A stretch of DNA of 64,000 bases from Patescibacteria group bacterium (GTDB lineage: Bacteria > Patescibacteriota > Patescibacteriia > JAXHNJ01). The notes below the pieces were generated by a model. It saw only the letters and a program-made list of their open reading frames with translations. It ran no database searches and was not told where the DNA came from. Location: assembly GCA_034520665.1 (NCBI GenBank), contig JAXHNJ010000001.1:258579-322578 (forward strand), in the 5' to 3' direction. Positions 36,625 to 46,914 of this stretch are shown here, piece by piece (the first letter of the stretch is position 1; the number at the start of each line of letters is the position of its first letter). The position numbers and the translations under genes were made by a program.

Positions 36625-37194
36625 ATGAGACGCTTTATTTCACTTCTCATGGTTGGCTTGTTGTCATTTACTATGATGGCTAGTATCAGTTGCGAGCGGA
36701 GCGAGACGTCGGTGGAGGCGAAGTCAGATAAAGAGAGAAAAAAAGTTTCCATCCACTATGTAGGTAATGAAAGCCATGAAGATGTTTTAGCCAGTATTAG
36801 GAAAACAGAAAAATTGACTGGACATACTTTTTCCGATGAACAAAAAACTAAAATGCTGCAAGATTTCAGAGATTTTCAGTCAAAAAATAATCCTCAATCT
36901 TCTAAGCTTGCTACCAGTGTTATTACAGCCTACACTTGTTATTATGTCTATAATGGAGATAAAGATCTCAAACTTGAATTCAAGTGGTGGGCCGGACATC
37001 CTCGTTCTTATTACTTTACTACACCGAACTGGACTCTTTACTGGCTAATTAAAGTCTGTTATGGAGGAAATATTTTGAGCTGGACTTGGATGGAAGGTGG
37101 ATACCAGAGAGTATCAGCTATTGTTGGGTCTTGCGTCTATCTTCCTTTAGGTTCTTCTTTTGTCCGTTCTTATCTATGGCTTGTTTATTATTAG
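36625..37194 (+). CDS. putative secreted lipoprotein with Cys/Trp/Tyr-rich hydrophobic C-terminus
   Basis: AGGAGGTG RBS; signal peptide ending ASISC. Confidence 0.7.
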   Translation: MRRFISLLMVGLLSFTMMASISCERSETSVEAKSDKERKKVSIHYVGNESHEDVLASIRKTEKLTGHTFSDEQKTKMLQDFRDFQSKNNPQSSKLATSVITAYTCYYVYNGDKDLKLEFKWWAGHPRSYYFTTPNWTLYWLIKVCYGGNILSWTWMEGGYQRVSAIVGSCVYLPLGSSFVRSYLWLVYY

Positions 37195-37260
37195 CCTTTG
37201 TGTTAGGTAGCTTCTACTTTTACAAAAGTCAGGAGCTACCTAAATTATAATTACTCTATT

Positions 37261-37485
37261 ATGTATATTATCAATATATCTCTTAAAAAATTTATAATAA
37301 TAATTGGATCGTACATTCTTATTGGTATAATATTAAGTTTTATTTTTAAAGATGATCAGGCCAATAATTATTTTGATTTGTTAATTAACCAATTGCCATC
37401 AAGTTTACCAACTCTTTTAGTATATTTATTAGCTCGCTTTTTATACATATTATTTTGGCCAATAGGTATTTTGAGTTTTATATAA
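37261..37485 (+). CDS. small 2-TM protein (immunity-like)
   Basis: AT-rich hydrophobic ORF directly after the secreted gene. Confidence 0.55.
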   Translation: MYIINISLKKFIIIIGSYILIGIILSFIFKDDQANNYFDLLINQLPSSLPTLLVYLLARFLYILFWPIGILSFI

Positions 37486-37501
37486 AGAATAAATCCGCGG
37501 T

Positions 37502-37611
37502 TTGGGTAATTTTCTGTCTATTTACCCAAGCCAAATCATGAACCTTAGCTCTTTGAAAAGGAGGTGAAAAAAGATGAGACGCTTTATTTCACTTCTCATG
37601 GTTGGCTTGTT
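37502..37611 (+). repeat. duplicate of 36553-36662 (hairpin + RBS + signal peptide start)
   Basis: Near-identical 110 bp. Confidence 0.85.
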
Positions 37612-38185
37612 AGTTTTTATAACTACGGCCAGTGTAAGTTGTGATCGGACGGAAACTCCAGTGAAGGCAAAAAATGATAAGACTGATATTTATCAGGACG
37701 AAGATTTTGTCTCACAGCTTGAAGAAATTCAGCTCTACATGAGTTGGGTGGATAAAGTAGAGCCTTATGTTACGCGCCATCAGGATATGACTTATTCAGT
37801 GGATTGGTCCGGATTTTACACCAGTATTAATAAAAATAACCTGACTAGTCAGGATAAAAAAATACTGGAAGATCTTGAAAAATCTGTGCCTATTGCCAAT
37901 GAAAATATTCTGAATAGCAGTAATAAAGCCCTGCCAAATTCTACGCAGTCTATTTACGAAGTTTGGTACTGGTGGGGTAAAAAGCTCTGCTTTACTGGTG
38001 ATGATGCTGTTTACTGGAGTACTGGCTTTGCTAATGCCGGCTGGGTTATTAATAAACTCGGTGTGCCTGGTGTAGTATTAGGCGCTTATATTGGCTGGGC
38101 CCAAATATTAACCTACCAGTGTGGTGGTTTTTGTCTGGTTAGTTCTTGGCTTTATCCGGCTGCTGTCTGGGTTTATTGCCCGTAA
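37574..38185 (+). CDS. putative secreted lipoprotein with bacteriocin-like C-terminus
   Basis: Same leader MRRFISLLMVGLL, ASVSC lipobox; Gly/Trp/Cys-rich hydrophobic tail. Confidence 0.7.
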   Translation: MRRFISLLMVGLLVFITTASVSCDRTETPVKAKNDKTDIYQDEDFVSQLEEIQLYMSWVDKVEPYVTRHQDMTYSVDWSGFYTSINKNNLTSQDKKILEDLEKSVPIANENILNSSNKALPNSTQSIYEVWYWWGKKLCFTGDDAVYWSTGFANAGWVINKLGVPGVVLGAYIGWAQILTYQCGGFCLVSSWLYPAAVWVYCP

Positions 38186-38264
38186 AACAACACGGGGGGA
38201 GAAAAAGAAAATTATTTTTCTTCCCCCAATTTTTTAAAATTTATTATTTAGATATAATAAAATT

Positions 38265-38741
38265 ATGGATTATAAAATAATTTCTCTTATTAGCTTTCTA
38301 TTTATTGCCTTAGCTTCAATTTTTTATGGTTTCTATAAAATTAAAAAGGAAAAAGTTTTAAAGAAACCAGTTTTAGCCTTTTTATATTTAATACAAATTA
38401 TAATTTTTGTTGTTTTTATCTATATAGTGACTAAGAGGTATTTGGGTGGCTCGAATTTAACTAATAATAATTTTTTCTTTAAATTTGGACCTTTATTAAT
38501 AATTATTCCAGCCGGGCTTTTTGATTTATACAAAGCTTTTAGCAAGAGTAAAAAAATATTTTATTGGCATCTGTTGGCTTATTTAGTCCTATTAGTTTTT
38601 ATGTCACTGCTTTATTTAAACTTTAATTTAGCTATCTGGCAGGTACAGGTGATGTTTTGTATTACTTTAGTTTTAATTGTTTTTGTGGCTTATAAAGCTA
38701 ATAAGGCTGAACAAGAACACAAAAAAAAGTCAAGAAAATAA
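38265..38741 (+). CDS. 5-TM membrane protein (immunity-like)
   Basis: AT-rich hydrophobic ORF. Confidence 0.65.
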   Translation: MDYKIISLISFLFIALASIFYGFYKIKKEKVLKKPVLAFLYLIQIIIFVVFIYIVTKRYLGGSNLTNNNFFFKFGPLLIIIPAGLFDLYKAFSKSKKIFYWHLLAYLVLLVFMSLLYLNFNLAIWQVQVMFCITLVLIVFVAYKANKAEQEHKKKSRK

Positions 38742-38935
38742 ATAAATTGTTCTTTTAACTTCCAAAAAAAGGAGGTCGCCTATGAAACAAAATAGGTTTG
38801 TCTGGACCACGTTAGTCGTGGCCAATTAATTCGTTTCGGTATTAAGTACAGCTCATCTTAAGTTTTTACATCTGTCTGCCTGTACTTAGTTACCGAAAAA
38901 CTTGTTTGTTCTTTGAAAGAAAGAAGGTAACAAAA

Positions 38936-39697
38936 ATGTTAGGCAAGATTTCGGTTTTTACGGTATTAATTCTTTTTGCCAGTTTCTTTTTCCTGCCTGC
39001 CTGCGATACCTTTGATGGGGATTCCGAGAATCCAGTGGGGGTAAATGAGGAAGAAGGTTCTTCTGAAAATCCAAAACCAGAAACCCTGGATTTTCCGGCA
39101 AGCCAATGGAATGAAAATGTAACTCATTCTGATGGTGACTCCATTACTGTTGAAGGGTCAAAAATGGCTGAGCAAAGAAAAATGCTTACTGGAGTCGGCC
39201 AGTATAATTCTTTTCCTTGGAGTTGGCACCTGCCTTTCAGAGGTTGTTGGTATATGACCTGTGGTTATGGTTGTGGCTATCACCAAGGTAATGATTATTA
39301 TTCAACAGATTGGGCTGTAGGAGGAAATCCTTGCGGCTATGAAGTTCTGGCTCCCGGGGCTGGTTGGGTGCTTTGGGCTGGATATAAATCCGGTTATGGA
39401 TATACGGTTTTAATTGAAGCTGGTCCAACAGGCCAGAGTAACGGAAATCGTTATATCTATCGTGTAGCCCACTTGAGTCGCATTGAAGTAGTGCCTGGCT
39501 GGTGGCTTCCCCGAGGATGGAGAATTGGAAGACATGGAAATACTGGAAATTCTACAAATTGTCATATTCATTGGACTGTTTATCGCGGACGTTATGCTGG
39601 GTATGGCAATGTTTATGGGTCCAGTTTTCCGCCCAGTTGGAGTTCAGGAGTTGATGGCTTTAATGGAAATTATGGAAGGTGGTGTTCAAAACAGTAG
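38936..39697 (+). CDS. M23-family peptidase lipoprotein
   Basis: LPAC lipobox; H..STD, AHL, GNTGNSTNCHIH; ATG 38936 after GAAGGT. Confidence 0.85.
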   Translation: MLGKISVFTVLILFASFFFLPACDTFDGDSENPVGVNEEEGSSENPKPETLDFPASQWNENVTHSDGDSITVEGSKMAEQRKMLTGVGQYNSFPWSWHLPFRGCWYMTCGYGCGYHQGNDYYSTDWAVGGNPCGYEVLAPGAGWVLWAGYKSGYGYTVLIEAGPTGQSNGNRYIYRVAHLSRIEVVPGWWLPRGWRIGRHGNTGNSTNCHIHWTVYRGRYAGYGNVYGSSFPPSWSSGVDGFNGNYGRWCSKQ

Positions 39698-39788
39698 AGG
39701 ACATTTTTGGGTGGAAAGAATACTTAATAAGTATTCTTTCCACCCTTTCTATTTTTTTTAATTAATTAATAAATTATATATAAATCCT

Positions 39789-40448
39789 ATGAAAAAAACA
39801 TCTATTATCTATCTAATTATTATTTTATTAGTAGCCACTATTTTTGGATACTTATTTTTTATTCGAAGTAAAACTAGTGTAAATGATGACAAAATTATTA
39901 TTACGAATAAATCAAATAATAATAATATTAATAAAGTTTTAACAAATCAAAATACATATTTTAATAAAAAACTTGGTTTTAGGGTAGCGCTTCCGAGCTC
40001 TATAAATTTTTGGCAAGAGCAAGAAGGAACTCTTTCTCATCGAAATACTCAAAAAGAAGACCGAGTTACATTTTTATTAAATAATACATCCGGGGATGAT
40101 TATTTTCTTGAGGATCCTTTTTGGGTTGTAGTTCATGTATTAAATTCTCAAGATAAAAATGCTGTTCAATGGGCTGAGTCTGGTATTGATGCTCCGAGAA
40201 TATTAGAAGGATATGGTGAGCTTTCAAAAATTGTTGAAAGTAAAACTATTAAAATAAATAGTATAGAATGTATTGAACAAATTGAAAAAAGCGGAGAAGA
40301 AGCAACTACTTCCGCCTATCAGAAAATAATTTATTGCGTTAATAATAGCAGAATTTATGTAATTGAGGGTTATTCAAAATCAAAAGATGATTTTATGCTT
40401 TATAATGAAATATTTGCTAAATTTGTAGAAAATTTTGAATTTATATAA
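39789..40448 (+). CDS. membrane-anchored PsbP-like protein
   Basis: N-terminal TM; TYFNKKLGFRVALP and FVENFEF end typical of the PsbP fold. Confidence 0.6.
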   Translation: MKKTSIIYLIIILLVATIFGYLFFIRSKTSVNDDKIIITNKSNNNNINKVLTNQNTYFNKKLGFRVALPSSINFWQEQEGTLSHRNTQKEDRVTFLLNNTSGDDYFLEDPFWVVVHVLNSQDKNAVQWAESGIDAPRILEGYGELSKIVESKTIKINSIECIEQIEKSGEEATTSAYQKIIYCVNNSRIYVIEGYSKSKDDFMLYNEIFAKFVENFEFI

Positions 40449-40472
40449 ATATATGATTCTTCGGATATTATA

Positions 40473-40824
40473 AAAAGGAGGTGGCCTATGAAACAAAATA
40501 GGTTAACACGAGCCATGATAAACATGGCCGATTAATTCATTTCGGTATTAAGTACAGCTCATCTTAAGTTTTTACATCTGTCTGCCTGTATTTAGTTACC
40601 GAAAAACTTGTTTGTTCTTTGAAAGAAAGAAGGTAACTAAAATGTTAGGCAAGATTTCGGTTTTTACGGTATTAATTCTTTTTGCCAGTTTCTTTTTCCT
40701 GCCTGCCTGCGATACCTTTGATGGCGATTCGGAGAATCCGGTGGGGGTGACTTCACAGGACACGGAGATTTCCCATCAAGACGATCCTGGAATCAGTGAT
40801 TCTGGGGAAGAGACGGGAGAATAA
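40473..40824 (+). pseudogene. duplicate (of 38767-39042) leader and truncated lipoprotein N-terminus (ORF 40642-40824)
   Basis: Near-identical to 40748, then diverges and stops after 60 aa. Confidence 0.75.
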
Positions 40825-40860
40825 GAAGTTCTTATCTCCCTCAATTTTTTTACTAAAATT

Positions 40861-41610
40861 ATGCCTTATCCCCATCTTAAATTTCGTAAGAATGCTAAAA
40901 AAGATTTTGAGAGTCTTTGTCTTTTTGTGGATGAAGCGAAATATAGTGAGGGTAGAAACTTAAACTGGGCTGTATTTGAAAAATATCCTCACTTAAAAAA
41001 ATATTTTAATATAAATAAAGACTATAAAATAAAGAATCAGAAAATGTTGCAAAATTTTATTAAACAGAATTATCAAAGTAGAGGCAAGGGTATGGATAAA
41101 GCTTTGAAAAAACATAAAAGAAACTGGCAAAAAGTAGCCCCTAATTTTTTCTTTTTGGTTGATGAGATTTTTAAAAAACGCGAATGGCCTCAAGGAAAAT
41201 ATATTGCTTATGGTACCATCTGGCATCTCTATCCTCGTTATTTAGAAGATAAAACTTTCCAAATTCCTTTTTGGCATTCTAAAGCTAAATATATCTTAGT
41301 AGTAATAGCTCATGAATTGTTGCATTTTATGTTTTATGATTATTTTTATAAGAGGTTAGCAAAATATCATTCTCGTCGATATAATTTTTTTGTTTGGCAT
41401 ATTTCTGAAGTTTTTAATAATCTAATACAAAATTCATCAGCCTGGCTGAATTGTTTTAAAATGAGGTCGCTAATTTATCCCCAGCACAAGAAAATCGTAA
41501 ACCATATTAAGTCTACTTTAGACAAAAAAAGTGAATGGAATCTTGATGATTTGGTAGATCTAATTATTAAGGAAGTAAAAAAAGAATTTAATAAAAAAAA
41601 CATAAATTAG
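40861..41610 (+). CDS. hypothetical HExxH protein
   Basis: IAHELLHF..SE. Confidence 0.7.
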   Translation: MPYPHLKFRKNAKKDFESLCLFVDEAKYSEGRNLNWAVFEKYPHLKKYFNINKDYKIKNQKMLQNFIKQNYQSRGKGMDKALKKHKRNWQKVAPNFFFLVDEIFKKREWPQGKYIAYGTIWHLYPRYLEDKTFQIPFWHSKAKYILVVIAHELLHFMFYDYFYKRLAKYHSRRYNFFVWHISEVFNNLIQNSSAWLNCFKMRSLIYPQHKKIVNHIKSTLDKKSEWNLDDLVDLIIKEVKKEFNKKNIN

Positions 41611-41630
41611 TCAAAACCCCACAACTTCGT

Positions 41631-41718
41631 CCAAAAACCAAACAATTTACCCGACCCAACCACCAAAAACCTTCACCTATTGACCAAAAACCAAACAATC
41701 AACCCAACCTAACCACCC
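41631..41718. repeat. C/A-rich imperfect direct repeat
   Basis: CCAAAAACCAAACAAT..ACCC.ACC.AACCACC at 41631 and 41684. Confidence 0.6.
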
Positions 41719-42053
41719 CCACCTCTTCCATTGTCTTTTTTCCCAATATATGCTATAATAAAGACACAAAATAAAAATAAATAAACAATATTGTGTTTTT
41801 AGTTATTAAGCTAAATTTTAATATAATTAACAGGGGCGCTTTTCATTATACCTAGCGCTTTTTTTGTTATAAATATAATTTGGAAAAAATGAGTATACAT
41901 ATTTTATCTTTAATTTAAAATTATTAACAGTAGGCTAGAGTTAAATTTTAGTTTGTATATCTTCTCTTATCTAATAGAGAAGTTAAATAAATCATCATTT
42001 TTTTTGGCTGGGGTTTACTAGTTATATTGTTTTTAAGAAATAAATAATGATAG

Positions 42054-43367
42054 ATGACATATAAATTATTACATTTTTTATTATCTCCGATATTTAAAAA
42101 TTGGATTAAATCTGTAAAGGGTATAGAAAATATTCCGAAAAGAGGTGGAGTTATAATTGCTCTAAATCATAAAAGTTTTTTTGATTTTTTGTGTTTTACT
42201 GCTATTTGTCCTAGGGAAATAAATTTTCTGGCGGCTGAAAAGTTTTTTAAAAGTAAACTATGGTTTCCTTTAATGAAATTAACCAATCAGATAAGAGTCA
42301 ACCGGGATCAAAAGGATAAAGCCGATGTTTACAAAAAAGTTCTTAGGGTTTTGGAAGAAGGAAAAATATTAGGAATATTTCCAGAAGGAACAAGATCCCG
42401 TAGTGGTAAAATTCAAAAAGCATATCCTGGAGTTGCTAAAATAGCTTTTTTGTCAAAGGTTCCCGTCATTCCAGTTGGTATAAAAGGTACTTTTAATATT
42501 TTACCTCCACATAGAAAAATTCCCAGATTGAAAAAATGTACGATTAAAATTGGTGAGCCAGTATACTTCAATAAGTTCTATAATAGAATAAAAACTGGCT
42601 CTTTATTTAGAAATATTTCGCATTTTTTGATGCATAATATAAGTGATTTGAGTAAAGAAGATTACAATCATTTTATTAGAAGAAATTTTTCTTTTTTAAA
42701 AAAAAGCTCATCTAAAAACGTAGTTTTCTTTGATGTAGATAATGTCTTAATAAAAGGCCAAAGTTATAGGCTATTTATAAATTATTTATTTAAAAATAAA
42801 TTTATTTCTTTTGCGGATTATATTTATACAAATTTTTTATTTTTTATTTATGATTTAGGTATTATAAAAAATTCTGATTGGTTTAGGGAGAAACAATTTT
42901 TCGTACTAAAAAAAATTCATATAAAAAAAATTAAAAAAAATTTAAAAAATTATTTAAAAATAATTAAAGATAGAATATTTAAAGAAGCTTTGAAAGAAAT
43001 TAAGGTACACAAAAAAAATGGCGATATTATAGTGTTGTTTTCTACAAACGTTAAGGATATTATTAAGCCATTAGTGGAGATGGTAGATGCGGATTTATTA
43101 GTTGCTACGGAGTTAAGTCTAAGGGGCGGCTATTATACAGGGAAAATTATTGGCTATTCGCCTCATGGTGACAGAAAAGTTTCAGTGGTACAAAATTTTA
43201 TTAAAAAACATGATTTTGATCTAAGAAATATTTATGCTTATGCGGATCATATTACGGATTTAGATTTATTAGAATTTGTCAGATATCCAAATGTAGTAAA
43301 TCCTGATAAAAGATTAAAAAGAATAGCTAAAAAAAGAGATTGGAATATACATAATTGGTTTAATTAA
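42054..43367 (+). CDS. PlsC-type acyltransferase fused to HAD-IB phosphatase
   Basis: NHKSFFD, IFPEGTRS; FFDVDNVL, YADHITD..VNPD. Confidence 0.9.
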   Translation: MTYKLLHFLLSPIFKNWIKSVKGIENIPKRGGVIIALNHKSFFDFLCFTAICPREINFLAAEKFFKSKLWFPLMKLTNQIRVNRDQKDKADVYKKVLRVLEEGKILGIFPEGTRSRSGKIQKAYPGVAKIAFLSKVPVIPVGIKGTFNILPPHRKIPRLKKCTIKIGEPVYFNKFYNRIKTGSLFRNISHFLMHNISDLSKEDYNHFIRRNFSFLKKSSSKNVVFFDVDNVLIKGQSYRLFINYLFKNKFISFADYIYTNFLFFIYDLGIIKNSDWFREKQFFVLKKIHIKKIKKNLKNYLKIIKDRIFKEALKEIKVHKKNGDIIVLFSTNVKDIIKPLVEMVDADLLVATELSLRGGYYTGKIIGYSPHGDRKVSVVQNFIKKHDFDLRNIYAYADHITDLDLLEFVRYPNVVNPDKRLKRIAKKRDWNIHNWFN

Positions 43368-43373
43368 AATATT

Positions 43374-44054
43374 ATGAATAAAAATAGAATTTTTCCGAAA
43401 AAATTAGTGGTTCTTTTTGATGTCGATAAAACATTATTTGATGAACAAACACAAAAGCTTTTTATTAAATTTTTATATAAAAAAGGTAAAATTAGTCCAT
43501 TTAAATTAATAAAATTATTATTAACCTTCTTTCTTTACAAATTACATCTTTTGCCTTTTGTGGGTAATATTAGAGAAAAAGCTTTTGAAATTACAAAAGG
43601 ATGGAATATTCAAGAAATTGAAAATTTATCAAAAGAATTTTTTAATAAAATATTACTTGATCATTTAATTAATAAATCTAAGGAAGAGATTATAAAACAT
43701 AAAAAAAAGGGTAATATCGTTGTATTATTTTCTACATCCTGGGATATGATTATTAAACCGATTAAAGAATATTTAAAAACAGATTACCAAATTTCAACGG
43801 AAATTGAATGCAAAGAAAATATTTTTACCGGTAAGATAAAAGGTAAGGCTGTATATGGTTTAGATAAAGTAAAAATAATTAAAAAGTTTTTAAAAAATAA
43901 TAATTTAGATAAAAATAAAATTATAGCATACGCCGATCATATATCTGATTATAATTTGCTCAGATTTGTTGATGTCCCTATAGTAGTTAATCCCGACTAT
44001 AAATTAAAGAAAATTGCAGAAAAAAATAATTGGTTAATAAATAATTGGAAATAA
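43374..44054 (+). CDS. HAD-IB family hydrolase
   Basis: FDVDKTL, FSTS, K, YADHISD..VNPD. Confidence 0.9.
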   Translation: MNKNRIFPKKLVVLFDVDKTLFDEQTQKLFIKFLYKKGKISPFKLIKLLLTFFLYKLHLLPFVGNIREKAFEITKGWNIQEIENLSKEFFNKILLDHLINKSKEEIIKHKKKGNIVVLFSTSWDMIIKPIKEYLKTDYQISTEIECKENIFTGKIKGKAVYGLDKVKIIKKFLKNNNLDKNKIIAYADHISDYNLLRFVDVPIVVNPDYKLKKIAEKNNWLINNWK

Positions 44055-44057
44055 ATA

Positions 44058-46808
44058 ATGAATCTTAATTTATTTGCAATCTCAACTCTTCTAACTGGTA
44101 TTCTAAGTTTAGTATTAATTATATTTATTTTTGTTTCGAGAAAACGTTCTAAATTAACGAACATATGGATTCTAGTTAGTGCATGTGTATGTTTATGGAG
44201 TTTAGGGCTATTTGTTGTTTCTTCGGTTGAGAATGAACTAATAGCAGAAATTGCTCAAATAGTATTAGATTTTTCAGCTATTTTTATACCTGTCTTCTTT
44301 TTATATTTTGTTATACATCTTGTTGGTTGGGGTGATAAATACCGAAAGTTATTTAGAATTCTATTTGTTTTTTTTACATTTTTTGGTTTATTTAGTTTAA
44401 CCCCTTGGTTTAAAATTGGGGTAGAAAACAAGCCCCCTTTTCAATATTGGGTAAAAGTTGGAGATTTCTATTTATTATTTCCAATATTTTTTATTATAAT
44501 GGCTGCTATATCTATAATAATATTATTAAAATCATATAAAAAGACCTCGGGTTTAAAGAGACAGCAAATTAAATATGTATTAATCTGTGCTCTAATAGGT
44601 TTTGTGGGTGGTGCTACTAATTTTTTACCGCAATATTTGCCATTGTATCCTTATGGAAATTTTCTGGTAGTTTCATATGTTTTCATAATTGCCTATTCTA
44701 TAATACGTCATAGGCTCCTCGATCTTCGTCTAGTTGTCTCCCGCTCCATTATCTACTTTTTCTTGGTTCTATTTGTAGCGGCTATGTTTACTGGTGTTAC
44801 TTTTTTAACTGGTCACTTATTTGAAGAAGTCTTGGGGGTTAATACCTTTTTAGTTACTTTGGGCGTTTCTATTTTTATTGTTGCTTTTCTTGATCCGATT
44901 AAGCGCTGGCTGTCTAAGGCCACTGACCGGGTCTTTTTTAAGGCTAAGATTGAATATCCTGAACTTACCCGCAAACTTTCCCAGATTTTGGCGACTGAGA
45001 TTGAAATTGATGATTTAATTGAAAAGTTTTCCAAGAAATTGGCCCAGGGACTGAAAATAGAAAAGTCTGTTTTGGTTTTAGAGGATAAAGGAATTTTTCA
45101 TGTCCGAAAAATCGGTCATCCTCATACTAAACCCCTGGAGATGGATCAGAATAATCCTCTTATTAAATATCTAAGCCGGCACGACGAGATTATTATAACT
45201 GAAGAATTGCAAAGAAAAACCGAAGACGAAGCAAAAGTTAAAAAGAAAAAAGAGCTGAAAAAATCTCTAAATGAACTGAAAAAAATTAAAGCGGCGGCTG
45301 TGGTACCGATTAAAACTCAGGAAAAGCTGAACGCGGTTTTAGTGTTGGGAGCCAAGCTCTCGGGCGATGTCTTTAACCGCGAGGAAATAAGCTTGATTGA
45401 AGTGCTTTCGCCGCAGGTAGCCAGCGCTATTGAAAAGTCAAAGCTGTATGAAGAAGTTAAGTCTTTTTCTGAAACTTTGCAGCAGAAAGTGGAAGAGGCT
45501 ACTCAGGAACTTTCCGAGCGTAACCGCTTTTTAATCTCTTTGCAAAAAGTGACTAATATGATTACCCGCTCGCTAGACTTGAAAAAAGTAACTCAGAATA
45601 TTGTTAATTCTATCTCTGAAGAGCTGGGTTATATTGGCGGGCTCTTACTCTTTTTAGACCAAAAGAAAAAAGTGATTTATCCGGCGGCCATTACCGAAGC
45701 TAAACTGACCAATCAGGCCTTAAAGCTTTTACCAAAAAAAATGCAAGCATACTCAACCCCGATTAATAAAGACAAAACTCTGGATGGAATGGCTATTAAA
45801 GAGGCTCAGATAAAGTTTGGGTCCGGTTTTCAAGAATTTATCTCCCCGCCAGTGCCTAAAGCTGCCTGTCTGGGCATGAATAAACTTTTGGGCGTAAAAA
45901 CTATTGTGGCTGTGCCGATTTTTTCGGAAGATGACGTCATCGGTGTCATTGATTTTGTTACCAAAAAAAAGAGAGAAGATATTTCTAAAAAGGAATTAGA
46001 AGCCATGAGATCTCTGGCTGACCAGACCGGTATTGTTTCCCGTAATTTACGGCTATTTGAGCAAATTCAAAAAACTAATAAAGAGCTGGAAGAAGCTAAT
46101 GAACGGCTTAAGCAGTTGGATGAAGCCAAGACCGAATTTGTTTCTATTGCTTCCCACCAACTGCGCACGCCCATGACCAGTATCAAGGGTTATTTATCTA
46201 TGTTAACGGCTGGTGACTTTGGCAAACTTAAACCTGAACATAATAAGCTTTTAAAACAGCTTCTGGATGAGTCCGAGCGAATGATTCGTCTGATTAATCA
46301 GTTTTTAAATGTTTCTAAAATTGAAGCCGGTAAGTTTGAATTATCCAAAAACAAAATTAAGCTTGAGGAGATGGTGGCTAAATTAGTTGATGAACTAAAA
46401 AAGCCAGCTGAGGAAAAAGGTCTTAAACTTATTTACAAAAAACCCAAGAAAAAAATGCCTCAGGTAATGGCTGATTCAGATAAAATAAGCGAAATAATTT
46501 TAAATCTAATTGATAACGCTATAAAATATACTGAAAAAGGTAAAATAGTGGTCAATCTGGAAAAAGAAAAAGATAATATTAAGTTTTCAGTTAAAGACAC
46601 TGGCGTTGGTATTGCTCCGAAAGAGGCTAAAAATCTTTTTGGCAAGTTTTCGCGGGGGCCGGGAATTGCTAAGATTCAGCCGGACGGTTCAGGCTTGGGT
46701 TTATTTATTTCTAAAAATGTGGTCGAAGGTCATCACGGGAAAATTTGGGTGGAAAGTGAAGGCAAAGGTAAAGGCAGTCAATTTTGCTTTCTGTTGCCGA
46801 TTAAGTAA
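44058..46808 (+). CDS. 7TM-sensor GAF histidine kinase
   Basis: Multi-TM N-terminus, two GAF-like regions, SHQLRTP, NLIDNAIKY, DTGVG, GSGLGL. Confidence 0.92.
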   Translation: MNLNLFAISTLLTGILSLVLIIFIFVSRKRSKLTNIWILVSACVCLWSLGLFVVSSVENELIAEIAQIVLDFSAIFIPVFFLYFVIHLVGWGDKYRKLFRILFVFFTFFGLFSLTPWFKIGVENKPPFQYWVKVGDFYLLFPIFFIIMAAISIIILLKSYKKTSGLKRQQIKYVLICALIGFVGGATNFLPQYLPLYPYGNFLVVSYVFIIAYSIIRHRLLDLRLVVSRSIIYFFLVLFVAAMFTGVTFLTGHLFEEVLGVNTFLVTLGVSIFIVAFLDPIKRWLSKATDRVFFKAKIEYPELTRKLSQILATEIEIDDLIEKFSKKLAQGLKIEKSVLVLEDKGIFHVRKIGHPHTKPLEMDQNNPLIKYLSRHDEIIITEELQRKTEDEAKVKKKKELKKSLNELKKIKAAAVVPIKTQEKLNAVLVLGAKLSGDVFNREEISLIEVLSPQVASAIEKSKLYEEVKSFSETLQQKVEEATQELSERNRFLISLQKVTNMITRSLDLKKVTQNIVNSISEELGYIGGLLLFLDQKKKVIYPAAITEAKLTNQALKLLPKKMQAYSTPINKDKTLDGMAIKEAQIKFGSGFQEFISPPVPKAACLGMNKLLGVKTIVAVPIFSEDDVIGVIDFVTKKKREDISKKELEAMRSLADQTGIVSRNLRLFEQIQKTNKELEEANERLKQLDEAKTEFVSIASHQLRTPMTSIKGYLSMLTAGDFGKLKPEHNKLLKQLLDESERMIRLINQFLNVSKIEAGKFELSKNKIKLEEMVAKLVDELKKPAEEKGLKLIYKKPKKKMPQVMADSDKISEIILNLIDNAIKYTEKGKIVVNLEKEKDNIKFSVKDTGVGIAPKEAKNLFGKFSRGPGIAKIQPDGSGLGLFISKNVVEGHHGKIWVESEGKGKGSQFCFLLPIK

Positions 46809-46914
46809 TAAGGACATTGGACCATGGACATAAGGACAATGAGGCTGAGGACTAATGAAATTAAAACTTCTTTATGTCAGATGTCTATGGTCTAAGGTCT
46901 TTAGATCAAAAAAA

